DNA of 35,821 nucleotides from Octopus bimaculoides (taxonomy: Eukaryota): assembly GCF_001194135.2 (NCBI RefSeq), contig NC_068987.1, positions 46,911,687 to 46,947,507 on the forward strand. Direction: 5' to 3'. The translations under genes were made by a program, and so were the position numbers. Below, piece by piece: positions 12,119 through 23,468 of the stretch. Numbering within the stretch: position 1 is the stretch's first letter; every line of letters begins with the position of its first letter. The notes beneath the pieces were generated by a model that was given only the letters and a program-made list of their open reading frames with translations, did not search any database and was not told the origin of the DNA.

Positions 12119-12489
12119 ACAATTACAAGACAGGTATTTCAACAATTTTTTTTCTTTTAATTTTGCAGTTGGTCATACAGCATATTTATTTGATTACATT
12201 AACCGACACGTGTTTCTGCCGCATAAAGTATGTTCGCCGTGAACCGTGCTTGCTGAAGAACCCTGAATTAAAGTACACAGAAGATTATGCTGGGTTGCAT
12301 GTACATCTGTGCAGCAGAAACATGTGTCGATCATTGTAACCAAATAACTATACTGTATGATTAACTGTAAAATTAAAAATACTGAGGTTGATGTAATCTA
12401 CTATCCCCTTCCCTCAAAATTTCAGGCTTTGTGTCTATTGTAAAAAGGACTTTTTCTACTTCTTTCAATTTTGTTTCCATTTCTTTTCC

Positions 12490-12958
12490 TGTGTCTACCC
12501 GATACTTAGGGCAAAGAAACTCACTGTATACACTGGTAGGCCATTAAAATAAACATGCCAGATTGTTCATTTACAAAGTCAAGTTATGTCAAAGTAAAAA
12601 AAAAGAAGAAACAAGAGAAAAGGAAAGGAAAAAAAAATAAAGGAATTTTTTTTTAAATGGTATTTTATATGGGCTGTAATCATACAGTAACAATGCTCTT
12701 CTCAATACGTGTAACATATCAATTAAAACAATCTTTTGCACTTCTTGCACGGATGGTAAGCCAGGGGTCATCCGCAAATAATTTTCGGTTCCTTTTTCTG
12801 ATCATTCCAAATGCTCCTACAATCACTGATATTGTAAACGCCTTGAGAAGTCATATTTTTTCAATTTCAATGAGCAAATCCGTATATTTTCTGAACTTGT
12901 CAAATTCTTTTGCCGAGATATTATGACCACAAGGAATACTTATTACTATTAAGCTGGT
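12490..12958 (-). mobile_element. 3' end of an R4/Dong-type non-LTR retrotransposon (restriction-like endonuclease C-terminus plus probable 3' UTR)
   Basis: Minus strand: ISIPCGHNISAKEFDKFRKYTDLLIEIEKI*LLKAFTISVIVGAFGMIRK / GTENYLRMTPGLPSVQEVQKIVLIDMLHVLRRAL, matching the R4-clade pattern KE.EK..KY.DL.IEI..LW....VPIVIGALG....QK..L....ILR. The UTR extent is approximate. Confidence 0.8.
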
Positions 12959-13160
12959 ATAATCTTTAGCACGTCTGCCAAAATGCTTAGCGTCATTTCT
13001 TCCGTCTTTACGTTTTGAGTTCAAATTCTGGCGAGGTCCACTCTGCCTATCATCCTTTCGGGGGTCGATAAAATAAGTATCAGTTGAACACTGAGGTCAA
13101 TGTAATTGACTTGTCTCTTCCACCGAAATTGCTGGCTTGTGCTAAAATTTGAAACCATTA
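12955..13160 (+). mobile_element. SINE family A, first of a head-to-tail pair, with (TAT)/(TAC)n tail to ~13216
   Basis: aatctttagcacg..gagttcaaattc..cctttcggggtcgataaaataagt..tgctggcttgtgctaaaatttgaaacca. Confidence 0.85.
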
Positions 13161-13184
13161 TTATTACTACTACTACTACTACTA

Positions 13185-13217
<33 letters not shown>

Positions 13218-13422
13218 GGCGAGCTGCCAGAATCGTTAGCATTCCGGGCGAAATGCTTCGCAGCATTTCGTCTGTCTTTACGTTCTGGGTTCAAATTCCG
13301 CCAAGGTCGACTTTGCCTTTCATTCTTTCGAGATCGATAAAACAAGTACCAGTTAAGCACTGGGTCGAAGCAATCGTCTTACTCCTTCCCCAAAACACTG
13401 GCCTTGTGCCAAATTTCGAAAC

Positions 13423-13425
<3 letters not shown>
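13218..13425 (+). mobile_element. SINE family A, second of the pair, with (TAT)n tail to ~13525
   Basis: ggcgagctgccagaatcgttagc..gggttcaaattccgccaaggtcgactttgcctttc..ctggccttgtgccaaatttcgaaacca. Confidence 0.85.
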
Positions 13426-13488
<63 letters not shown>

Positions 13489-13769
13489 CATTATTATTAT
13501 TATTATCATCATTATTATTATTATTAAAGCCTCCTTCAGCTGCAAGTCACCCAGTCCAGATATTTTTCATAGTTCTCTTATTCTATCCACTATAAACACC
13601 ACCTCTCCCAATTTTCTATATNNNNNNNNNNNNNNNNNNNNNNNNNNNNNNNNNNNNNNNNNNNNNNNNNNNNNNNNNNNNNNNNNNNNNNNNNNNNNNN
13701 NNNNNNNNNNNNNNNNNNCCAACATAATTTCCAACATTTTTCTCTGACCTATTAATCAGTGCCATCAAC

Positions 13770-14330
13770 AGCCTTACTTACCATCATCACCACCACTACC
13801 ACCATCGTCATCGTCGTCGTCATCATCACCATCAGTATCATCATCAGTATCGTCACTAACATCATCTTAATCATCGACCTCATCAGCATCGTTATCAACA
13901 TCACCAACGTCGTCCTCGTTACTACCATCACCATCATCATCATCATCATCATCATCGATCCATCAACACCACCGTCACTAATGCCATCATCACAATCACC
14001 ATCATTATCTTTATCACCATTTCATCGTTATCATTAACACAATCAATATATTCACCATCATCATCATCATCATCATCATCATCGTCGTCGTCATCATCAT
14101 CATCATCATCATCACGATTATTTTCTCCATCACTGTCATCGACATATAAATTATTTTTCATCATCAACGAGATTATCGGCTCATCATCAGCCTCTTTCTC
14201 ATCATCATCATCCTCATCATCGTCACTATCATCATCATCATCAGCATCATTATCATTATCACTATTACCTTCTTCGTCGTCGTCGTCATCATCATCATCA
14301 TCATCGTCATCTCCACTCCCATTATCATCC
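13770..14330. repeat. Degenerate (CAT)n low-complexity tract
   Basis: Source of the poly-Asp/Met/Ile ORFs in the track. Confidence 0.9.
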
Positions 14331-14792
14331 TTGGCACTTATAACCATAATGGCACCAAGTAAATCATTACCTAATTGACTCAAGGAGGCAGCTCCTACCA
14401 TCAGTCAATGAGCAGCCCATACGTGGCCTCAGGAACAGTTAGAAATAATAACCAACTGTCCCTCAAAATACTACTTTATCACATTCAATAGTGGTGCACT
14501 GGATGATGTAGTCCACGATAGACAATGCCTAAAATCGAGATGAATGCTTGGTCATGGCATAAATATGTTTTAATTATACACATGCTAGATCAGGGCCGAT
14601 TGTAGGTTAAACAACAACAATAACAATAACAACCTATAAATCTGGGCTGCTACAATATCAGTATATAAGTGTGGGCCAATATACTTAATGTTCTGAACCA
14701 ACGAAATGTATTTTTAATAAATTAAAATTATACTTCGTTTTTGTATTTGGTTTGCAAAATTCTTTATGTGAATTCGTGTGTTGAAGCATATT

Positions 14793-15879
14793 TTATTGTG
14801 TCTGGGGAGATTAATTCTCTTTTGGTGCCTTATTACTTAACACACTCACCGGCTCAATTTCCACTTATTTACTTATTTATTTTTTCTAAAATTTTCGTTG
14901 CGTCTTGCAATCTTTTCAATAGTCGTTGATTCTGTCCGTTTTATATATTTATATATATATATATNNNNNNNNNNNNNNNNNNNNNNNNNNNNNNNNNNNN
15001 NNNNNNNNNNNNNNNNNNNNNNNNNNNNNNNNNNNNNNNNNNNNNNNNNNNNNNNNNNNNNNNNNNNNNNNNNNNNNNNNNNNNNNNNNNNNNNNNNNNN
15101 NNNNNNNNNNNNNNNNNNNNNNNNNNNNNNNNNNNNNNNNNNNNNNNNNNNNNNNNNNNNNNNNNNNNNNNNNNNNNNNNNNNNNNNNNNNNNNNNNNNN
15201 NNNNNNNNNNNNNNNNNNNNNNNNNNNNNNNNNNNNNNNNNNNNNNNNNNNNNNNNNNNNNNNNNNNNNNNNNNNNNNNNNNNNNNNNNNNNNNNNNNNN
15301 NNNNNNNNNNNNNNNNNNNNNNNNNNNNNNNNNNNNNNNNNNNNNNNNNNNNNNNNNNNNNNNNNNNNNNNNNNNNNNNNNNNNNNNNNNNNNNNNNNNN
15401 NNNNNNNNNNNNNNNNNNNNNNNNNNNNNNNNNNNNNNNNNNNNNNNNNNNNNNNNNNNNNNNNNNNNNNNNNNNNNNNNNNNNNNNNNNNNNNNNNNNN
15501 NNNNNNNNNNNNNNNNNNNNNNNNNNNNNNNNNNNNNNNNNNNNNNNNNGTGTGTGTGTGTGTGTGTGTGTGCGTGCGTGTGTGTGTGTGTATATGTTTG
15601 TGTGTCTGTGTATGTCCCCGCCACCATCGCTTGACAACTGATGTTGTGTTTACGTCCCCGTAACTTAGCAGTTTGGCAAAAGAGACCAATAGAATAAGTA
15701 GTAGGCTTACAAAGAATAAGTCCTAGGGTCGATTTGCTCAACTAGAGGTGGTACTCCAGCATGGCCACAGTTAAAAGACTGAAACCAATAAAGGAATAAA
15801 AGAATATATGTAGGTAAATTGATATGTAAGTAAATAGATAGATAGGTGGATAGGTAATACGACAGGCAAGCACACACAT

Positions 15880-15910
<31 letters not shown>

Positions 15911-16458
15911 AATGAAGACTGAAACATATGACCATATACACACACACACTTCACACACACATACAAGGACACATATGGAGACACACAAACATACATAACA
16001 GACGCACGTACATAGTCACACGAACCCATACACATAGACACACTCAAACACGCACACACAAAGAAACAGAAGTACACATACAAATAGACACACACATACA
16101 AACACACAAACATGAACACACAAACACATGAATATGTGAAATACATGCATACAAACGTACACACATGCACACATATATATATGCATACACACACACATAC
16201 ATGCATACACATACATACATGCATACATGCTTACACATACATACATACGTGTATACACTTACACACTGACGTACACACATGCTCACAAACAAACAAAAAG
16301 AACGCAGCTCCGATAACGGACAGAGTCAACGACTATTGAAAATATTACAAGGCGCAACGAAAATTTTAGAAAAATAAATAAGAGTGGAAATCGAACCGGT
16401 AAGTGTGTTAAGTGATAAGACAATAAAAGAGAATGATTATCCCCAAACACAATGAAAT
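14793..16458. repeat. Inverted repeat pair of ~145 bp (14793-14940 and 16315-16458)
   Basis: Reverse complement of the left arm, aacggacagaatcaacgactattgaaaagattgcaagacgcaacgaaaattttagaaaaa, vs right arm aacggacagagtcaacgactattgaaaatattacaaggcgcaacgaaaattttagaaaaa (4 mismatches). Similarity continues to cacaat(a/g)aaa. Confidence 0.85.
15550..15803 (+). mobile_element. SINE family B 3' half (5' half probably in the gap)
   Basis: cgcttgacaac..gtttacgtccccgtaacttagc..aggcttacaaagaataagtcc..ctccagcatggccacag. Confidence 0.8.
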
Positions 16459-18039
16459 TATACTGTTAATGAAGAAAAAGTCAGCGCTAATGACAATATC
16501 CGTCGCAAAAGGTGACACCTATAAACCACCTCCACACGAAATTGCTGGCCTTATGCCTAAACTAGAAGCAATTATATTTGAGATGATGATGGTGACCATC
16601 ATCATCATCAGCAGCAGCAGCAGAAGAGAAGGATGATGACGTTTTGGTTCAGATAAGTAGGTGGCTGGGGTGGGGATGCTGTACGCGGTACATGTTTAAC
16701 GAAGTTGTGATGTTCATATTTTCTTGTTCACGATTTAATCATTACCTGAACAAAAAGGACACCGTTTCTAAAACCAAGTCTCTTTTTATACACACACACA
16801 TGTATGTATGTGTACGTATATGTTTGTACATTTGTACATGCATGTATACATATATATATATATATACATATATATATATGTANNNNNNNNNNNNNNNNNN
16901 NNNNNNNNNNNNNNNNNNNNNNNNNNNNNNNNNNNNNNNNNNNNNNNNNNNNNNNNNNNNNNNNNNNNNNNNNNNNNNNNNNNNNNNNNNNNNNNNNNNN
17001 NNNNNNNNNNNNNNNNNNNNNNNNNNNNNNNNNNNNNNNNNNNNNNNNNNNNNNNNNNNNNNNNNNNNNNNNNNNNNNNNNNNNNNNNNNNNNNNNNNNN
17101 NNNNNNNNNNNNNNNNNNNNNNNNNNNNNNNNNNNNNNNNNNNNNNNNNNNNNNNNNNNNNNNNNNNNNNNNNNNNNNNNNNNNNNNNNNNNNNNNNNNN
17201 NNNNNNNNNNNNNNNNNNNNNNNNNNNNNNNNNNNNNNNNNGCGTGCGTGCGTGCGTGTGTGCGTGTGTGCGTGCGTGCGTGCGTGTGTGCGTATGTGCG
17301 TGTGTATGTGCGTGCGTGCGTGCCGAGAATCTTCCTAGAGCATAATGTGGTGAAAATACAATATTTTTAGTTCTATATGAACATTTTCCTTTGCTGAAGA
17401 CACGGAGGTCAAATGGAAATTTTCAGCAAGCGAACAAATTAAGATAAAACACAAAACAGCATTAACAGGAAAACAAAATATCGAACATTAACACAAAGGT
17501 TTGAAACAAAAGAGAATAAACAGACAAACAGAAGAATGCGAAATGGAAAGTTCTAATAACACGTATTTGAACGCAATATAATTGCATACAAAATCACGTG
17601 ATATATAAAATAGTTACATAACATGAGGTGATGTCATATTTAGCGTAAAAAGCATAATGTCACAATTATATAAGCACCATTATGTAATAAGTACACTGAA
17701 TAATAATAGAACAGAGCTTCATATAATAGAAGTATACACTATAGTGTAATAATACAGATTGCAACAAAAATAACCTCAGATTTACCCTTCATAATAAACG
17801 TTTCAATGGTGAACGTACGCTGTACATTGATTTGAGACACGACTATAACTGTAAAAATAGTAAAACATTAGCTATAGGACGATACCGTTATCATTTGTCT
17901 AACATCACTAGCGCCTCACCAATAGCCGCGTAAAATATAGGAGATTTTTCTGTCTCGCCTTGTATAAACAATGAAAAGATGTAGACAAGTCCAAAAATAT
18001 GAAATAAGTGAAAATGTATGGTCATAGACAAATGCTACG

Positions 18040-18162
18040 TTGCCTGCAAACAGGTGAAGGTTAGCGACAGAAACGGCATCCAGCGTAGAAAATCTGTCTC
18101 GGCTAATTCTGTCTGACCCATGCATGCATGGAAAAGAGGACATTAAAACGATGAGGACGAGT
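18040..18162 (+). mobile_element. RTE-type 3' tail fragment (LINE or derived SINE)
   Basis: ggttagcgacagaaacggcatccagcgtagaaaatctg..gacccatgcatgcatggaaaagaggacattaaaacgatgaggacga resembles the ggcgacaggaagggcatccagccgta..(GAT)n tail I recall from RTE-related elements; not verified. Confidence 0.4.
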
Positions 18163-18401
18163 GTGTGCGCGCGCGCACATACACACACATGTAAATATAT
18201 GTATGTATATAGTTGTATATGCGTGTGTATGTATGAAACGCAATAGTCGTAATTTAGAAAGAAAATAGCAGTATGGAAGGACGAAATAAACGTAATAATT
18301 TATTGACGCTAAATGACTCCCTCCTCTTGATTCTTGGTTAACCTTCATCATGCTCACCTCTTACTAACACGTACACCACAAGACAACTAGGTGGCCTCTG
18401 C

Positions 18402-18790
18402 ATGATCGCTCAGCCTGCTAGAAATAATAACCAAATTATCATCAAATCACATTTTACCAGCCTACAAAATAAAACGCAAGGAAACAGATAATAAAGTTCT
18501 AGATGCATATTAAATGACGAGATGGTCATGGCTAGAATGCTTTCTAATCAGGAGTTTCGGTCAGTGAGGACGTGGGCTAGACAACAACTACAACATTATT
18601 TAAACCATAAATATTATTCCACTCTATATTTAACTCAAAGCCTTTATGTAGTCACTCTGCTTGCTAGAAGTACTAGCCAAATCTCAAATTATACTCCACA
18701 GCCTTGAAAAGGAGGGTTACATTGAATAAGCAATGCCCGAGGGAAAGACAAAGCGGTCATTGTTAAAACAACTTTTATCATAGGTCTGTT
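18402..18790 (+). repeat. Two tandem copies of dispersed family E (18402-18594, 18646-18790)
   Basis: Shared ctc(a/t)gc(c/t)tgctagaa(a/g)ta..ccaaat starts and ggtca(t)..tcataggtctg / (CAA)n ends. Related pieces at ~1340-1490, ~9065-9146 and ~14436-14630. Confidence 0.6.
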
Positions 18791-19261
18791 TAATTTTAAT
18801 TTCCCTACGTCTAAACATCAACATTATCGTCATCATTAAGAACAGTCTATAAATACTGTGCAATTTGTGCGCTAGAGTTCAACCTTCTAAAAATTGACAT
18901 TTGCATTCACATATAATCAGCTCCCTCTACTTCTCGCTTTACTTTCACTGGAAGGTTAGCAACAAAGATTGTTTTCCTTCCTCGAAATCACCCCCAAACA
19001 AATCCCATAATTCACCTTTAAGATGAAGGGTTAGTGCGGAAAGGAGCGTGGTATCAATGTCACGAAATCTCTTTATAATCAATGATGTTTAAAATAGTAA
19101 ATAAAAGATGGTAATAAAACAATTGACAAAAGATTTAAATGAAACACAACGAACTAATGACAGAAGAATTTATAAAAGAACCGATGGCAATAAAATACAG
19201 TAAATGAGATAACAATAGAGGAGGTAATTAAAGGAAATAATATAAAATAGAACTAAAAGAA

Positions 19262-19580
19262 ATTATAAAGATATTAAACTGGAGGAAACCGGGGTAAGGA
19301 GTTTATTCCACAATTCAGTTGTTCTGAAGATAAGTTTCCTGCATACAACTTGCGGTGTGTCGCGAAATATTCATGAAGTTTTTCAACAACAGAGTTTTAT
19401 ATGTATAATCTCCATGTCTGAAAGGTCTGCTGCTCTTTTTACCACACTCAAAACTCTTCGAACCGCAAAAGAGTTGTTTCTCAGCAATCTCTAGTTTTCA
19501 TTGGTGGCATAGAAGCCGAGCCAATGTAGCAGCCTCTGGTTGATTGCACACCTTAGTCAAAGTAACACCTCAATCTCCAT
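19262..19580 (-). mobile_element. Decayed CR1/L2-type LINE 3' remnant
   Basis: Minus strand FRTTELWNKLL followed by a PVF(PP)-like stretch resembles the CR1 C-terminal RT..LWNxLPxxVFP motif. The rest is heavily frameshifted. Confidence 0.4.
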
Positions 19581-19850
19581 GTACATACACACACTCACAC
19601 ACACACACTCACACACACACACTCACACACACACACATATATACAAACATACATACATACATACATACATACATACATACACACATTATTCAGTGCATCT
19701 CTTATTTTATGCCTTGATAATTGTTTTCTTGATGAAGCCATTCTCGAAACATGCAGGTCATGTTGTAAGGAAACGATGAATTAAACATACCTACTCTATG
19801 CTTAGCACTCAGCTCTTCTTAAATTGTAATTTACTTGAATCGGAATGTGT

Positions 19851-19890
<40 letters not shown>

Positions 19891-20530
19891 CGAAGAGAGA
19901 TGGAGAGAGAGAGATTGTGTGTATGTGTGTGTATGTGTGCGTGTGTGCGTGTGTGCGTGTGTGTGTGTGTGTGTGCATACGTACGCACTTGCATATATGT
20001 GAGTGGTATTCTAAACTGCTATAAGCTGCCATAAAATATTGTTTTTAGATAATTTCTATATACAATGGGAAGGTAAGGTTGTTGTAATGATATATACTTA
20101 ATTAGCGGTTTTGTTGGTGATCCTCGACGGCAGCTGTCACGTCACAGCCTCGTTGTGAAATACGATATGTGACATTGTATGAAATCTATGGTAAGCGGCA
20201 GTGACACAAACAGCTGTTTTCACACGAAAGGTGCCGCTAAAATAACTGTAGCGAATCTGGGGAACAACAATAGTCTTTGGAACACTGCCAAATATGAAGT
20301 CTTCGTCGGCTTAGATAAGCGTTAGATTAAGGTTTCAGTTCACATGTGACGTACGCCTCCGTCGTGGGGAGAGGCTCACTGAACACATGTTTTAGTCATA
20401 TTTTAAACAACATATGCATCAGAGGAAAACGAGCTATGTTTCCTATTTTTACACACTCATAGATTTATGCAACACACATGCTTATACATATTATATGTGA
20501 CGTGCGTATATATACATGCACATGTGTGTA

Positions 20531-20585
<55 letters not shown>

Positions 20586-20600
20586 ATGTGTGTATGTGTA

Positions 20601-20874
20601 CTGGTCTAATCAATAAGTACCCGGCCTGTTACCATAGTAACGAAGCTGAATTACGCAGAGTGAAGCCACTAGACACAGATTGACCTTGAACTCTACTGTG
20701 CATGCGCATTAAGTTTTAACGTCCTAGCTCACTTTCGTTGTTTACAGCAGTGCTTAGAAAGAAGATGTGTAGCGTGATCGTCGCAGTGAACATGACAGAG
20801 AAAGTTGAGCAAAGAATCTGCATAGAATTTTGCCAAAAGCTTGGCGATACCTGCTCAGTTACCTACGCAAAGTT
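20601..20874 (+). mobile_element. Mariner element 5' end (TIR, 5' UTR, first ~28 transposase codons)
   Basis: TA at 20599-20600, then TIR-like ctggtctaatcaataagtacccgg. ATG 20792: MTEKVEQRICIEFCQKLGDTCSVTYAK, typical mariner N-terminal HTH start (EQRxCIxFC). Confidence 0.75.
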
Positions 20875-21277
20875 TTCACAAAGTTTTCATCATTCTCGAC
20901 ACAATCAAGGAGCTCTTGTGCAACTGAAACTTGAGTGTCTTCTTGGTCAGCTGAAAGCAATTTTGGCACAAACTTGGCAGACACGAGTCTCATACCCAAA
21001 TCTTCAGTGTTAATGGACTGAACTGAACTGTAACTAATCTGTACATCCTCTTATAATTCAGGGATGGTGATTCGACGATTTCCCCTCACACCTGCATGCA
21101 CATCTGCGATGTTTTCTCAGTTCTGCTGGCTGCAGGTCTCTCAAAACGTTCGTCAATATCGACATTTTCTCGGCCATCTTGGAAAAGTCTGAAACACTCG
21201 TACACTTATGTGCGGCTCATACACTCCTCTCCATACACTTTCTGCAACCTTGTATAGGCCTCTGAGCAGGTGTCGCC
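20868..21277 (-). mobile_element. Mariner transposase fragment (about codons 17-150) inverted relative to the adjacent 5' end
   Basis: Minus strand: GDTCSEAYTRLQKVYGEECMSRT*VYECFRLFQDGRENVDIDER..NRRITIPEL..EDLGMRLVSAKFVPKLLSADQ..QELLDCVENDENFVKTL. FVPKLL is the WVPHEL-equivalent motif. Confidence 0.85.
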
Positions 21278-22158
21278 ATGACATAAATAATGCGGTTTTT
21301 TCGATTGCATCGTAGGAGGACGGGATAAACTACCTGCATCAATTTGCTATACAAGTAGGTAGTAATTTTACCGTGTCCTTATTCTTAGTGCAAGTTTTGA
21401 AGAGTGCAGTTCGATTTTAACAGTTATTTTTTCAAAGCTATTATGGAAGTGACAAAGGAGCATATTCAGCATATTTTGCTTTATGAGTTCAAAAAAGATA
21501 AAAATGCAACGGAAAGTGCGAGGACTATTAATGCAGTATATGGGGATCGGACAATAAGCGTAAGCCAATGTCAACTGTGGTTCCAGAAATTCTGAGCCGG
21601 AAACTACAGTCTAGAAGACAAGTCTCATCCTGGAAGATCTGTAGAGCTCGACGAGAACGTCCTGCAAACCCTGGTTGAACAAAATCCCATCGTAACTGTT
21701 GAGGAACTAGCAGAGAAGCTTCAATTTGGTCATTCAACCATTCATCGACACCTGCGTACCATTGGAAAAGTCAACAAATTGGGTCAATGGGTTCCTCACA
21801 AACTTTCCGAGTCTAATCGCAAGCAGAGAGTGAATGTATGCTCTTCTTTGCTGTCACGTCTCACGAATGAACCTTTTTTGGACCGAATAGTGACTGGCGA
21901 CGAAAAATGAGTTCTCTATAAAAATGTCAAGCACCGAAGACAGTGGATAGGAAAAGGAGAAACAGCAGCACCCCAGGCTAGAGAAGGTCCTCACCAACAT
22001 AAGGTGTTGTTATCTGTTTGGTGGGATATGAAAGGTTTAGTCCACTTTGAACTTTTAAACCCAAACCAAACGATAACTTGAGCGGGTTAAGTCAGCGTTA
22101 GCAGAAAAATGACCATCTTTGGTTTCAAAGCGAAAGGTGTTCTTCCATCAGGATAATG
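21278..22158 (+). mobile_element. Second mariner (Hsmar1/cecropia-like) transposase pseudogene running into an assembly gap
   Basis: TIR-like ataaataatgcggttttt at ~21283. ATG 21443: MEVTKEHIQHILLYEFKK..WFQKF*AGNYSLED..GRS..WVPHKL(21788)..FLDRIVTGDEK*VLY..KVLLSVWWDMKG..HFELL..(short deletion)..VFFHQDN. Several stops. Confidence 0.92.
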
Positions 22159-22514
22159 NNNNNNNNNNNNNNNNNNNNNNNNNNNNNNNNNNNNNNNNNN
22201 NNNNNNNNNNNNNNNNNNNNNNNNNNNNNNNNNNNNNNNNNNNNNNNNNNNNNNNNNNNNNNNNNNNNNNNNNNNNNNNNNNNNNNNNNNNNNNNNNNNN
22301 NNNNNNNNNNNNNNNNNNNNNNNNNNNNNNNNNNNNNNNNNNNNNNNNNNNNNNNNNNNNNNNNNNNNNNNNNNNNNNNNNNNNNNNNNNNNNNNNNNNN
22401 NNNNNNNNNNNNNNNNNNNNNNNNNNNNNNNNNNNNNNNNNNNNNNNNNNNNNNNNNNNNNNNNNNNNNNNNNNNNNNNNNNNNNNNNNATATATATATA
22501 TATATATATATACG

Positions 22515-22727
22515 TACATGTGTGAGCGTCTTTGTCCCTCATCAGCGCTTGACAACCAGAGCTAGTTTGTTTACGCCCCTGTAACATAGCAGTTCGCTAT
22601 TGAAACCGTTAGAATATGTACCAGATTCAAAAGCAAAAATTGGGGGGCGATTTGTACGACTAAACCATCAAGGCAGTGCCCCAGCATAGCTGCAGTCGAA
22701 TAATTGAAACAAGTAAGAGGTAAAAGA
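22515..22727 (+). mobile_element. SINE family B 3' half
   Basis: gcgcttgacaacc..tgtttacgcccctgtaac..cagtgccccagcatagctgcagtc..gaaacaagtaagagg. Confidence 0.7.
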
Positions 22728-22866
22728 CATCAGCATTTTGTATAAGCACCAAGAAATTTGGTAGTTAAATTATAATTATTGTATGCATACTAATATTCTC
22801 TGCTTATGCCAATGGCAACAAACGTTTACTTCTAAAGTGACTCATCTATGACTGGTAACTTTCCTT

Positions 22867-22867
<1 letters not shown>

Positions 22868-22952
<85 letters not shown>

Positions 22953-22981
22953 GTCCTATTATAGGCATCTCTGTATTTTAA

Positions 22982-23052
<71 letters not shown>
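22868..23052. repeat. Two (AGAT)n tracts separated by a ~30-bp spacer
   Basis: Direct inspection. Confidence 0.95.
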
Positions 23053-23053
<1 letters not shown>

Positions 23054-23468
23054 GCGTGGCTGTGTGGTAAGAAGCTTGCTCCCCAACCACATGGTTTAGG
23101 GCTCAGTTTCACTGCGTGGCACCTTGGGCAAGTGTCTTCTACTACAGCCTCGGACCGACCAAAGCCTTGTGAGTGGATTTGGTAGACGGAAACTGAAAGA
23201 AGCCCGTCGTACATGTATACACATCTATGTGTGTGTCTCTGTGTCTGCATTTCTCCCCCACCACCATATTCACCACCACCACCACTTAGCAACTGGTACT
23301 GGTGTGTTTACATCCCCGTAACATAGCAGTTTGGTAAAAGAGACCGATAGAATATGTACCAGGCTTTAAAACCAAGTACTTGAGTCGATACATTCGACTA
23401 AAAATTCTTCAAGGCGGTGCCCCAGCATGGCCGCAATGAAATGACCGAATCAAATAAAAGATAAAAGG
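23053..23468 (+). mobile_element. Full-length SINE family B directly after an (AGAT)n tract
   Basis: Collinear with the 11675-12080 copy over both halves. Confidence 0.88.

Noticed and set aside
13952-14401. 149-aa acidic ORF on the minus strand
   Set aside because: Translation of a degenerate (CAT)n tract; no domain, splice or codon evidence.
17383-17430. ctgaaga..gaaa motif with ttgctgaa/ttcagcaa inverted repeat
   Set aside because: The pairing would sequester the core and stem II is not formable; likely chance.
22868-23052. Repeat-spacer-repeat pattern reminiscent of CRISPR
   Set aside because: Simple (AGAT)n tracts with one interruption in eukaryotic DNA.
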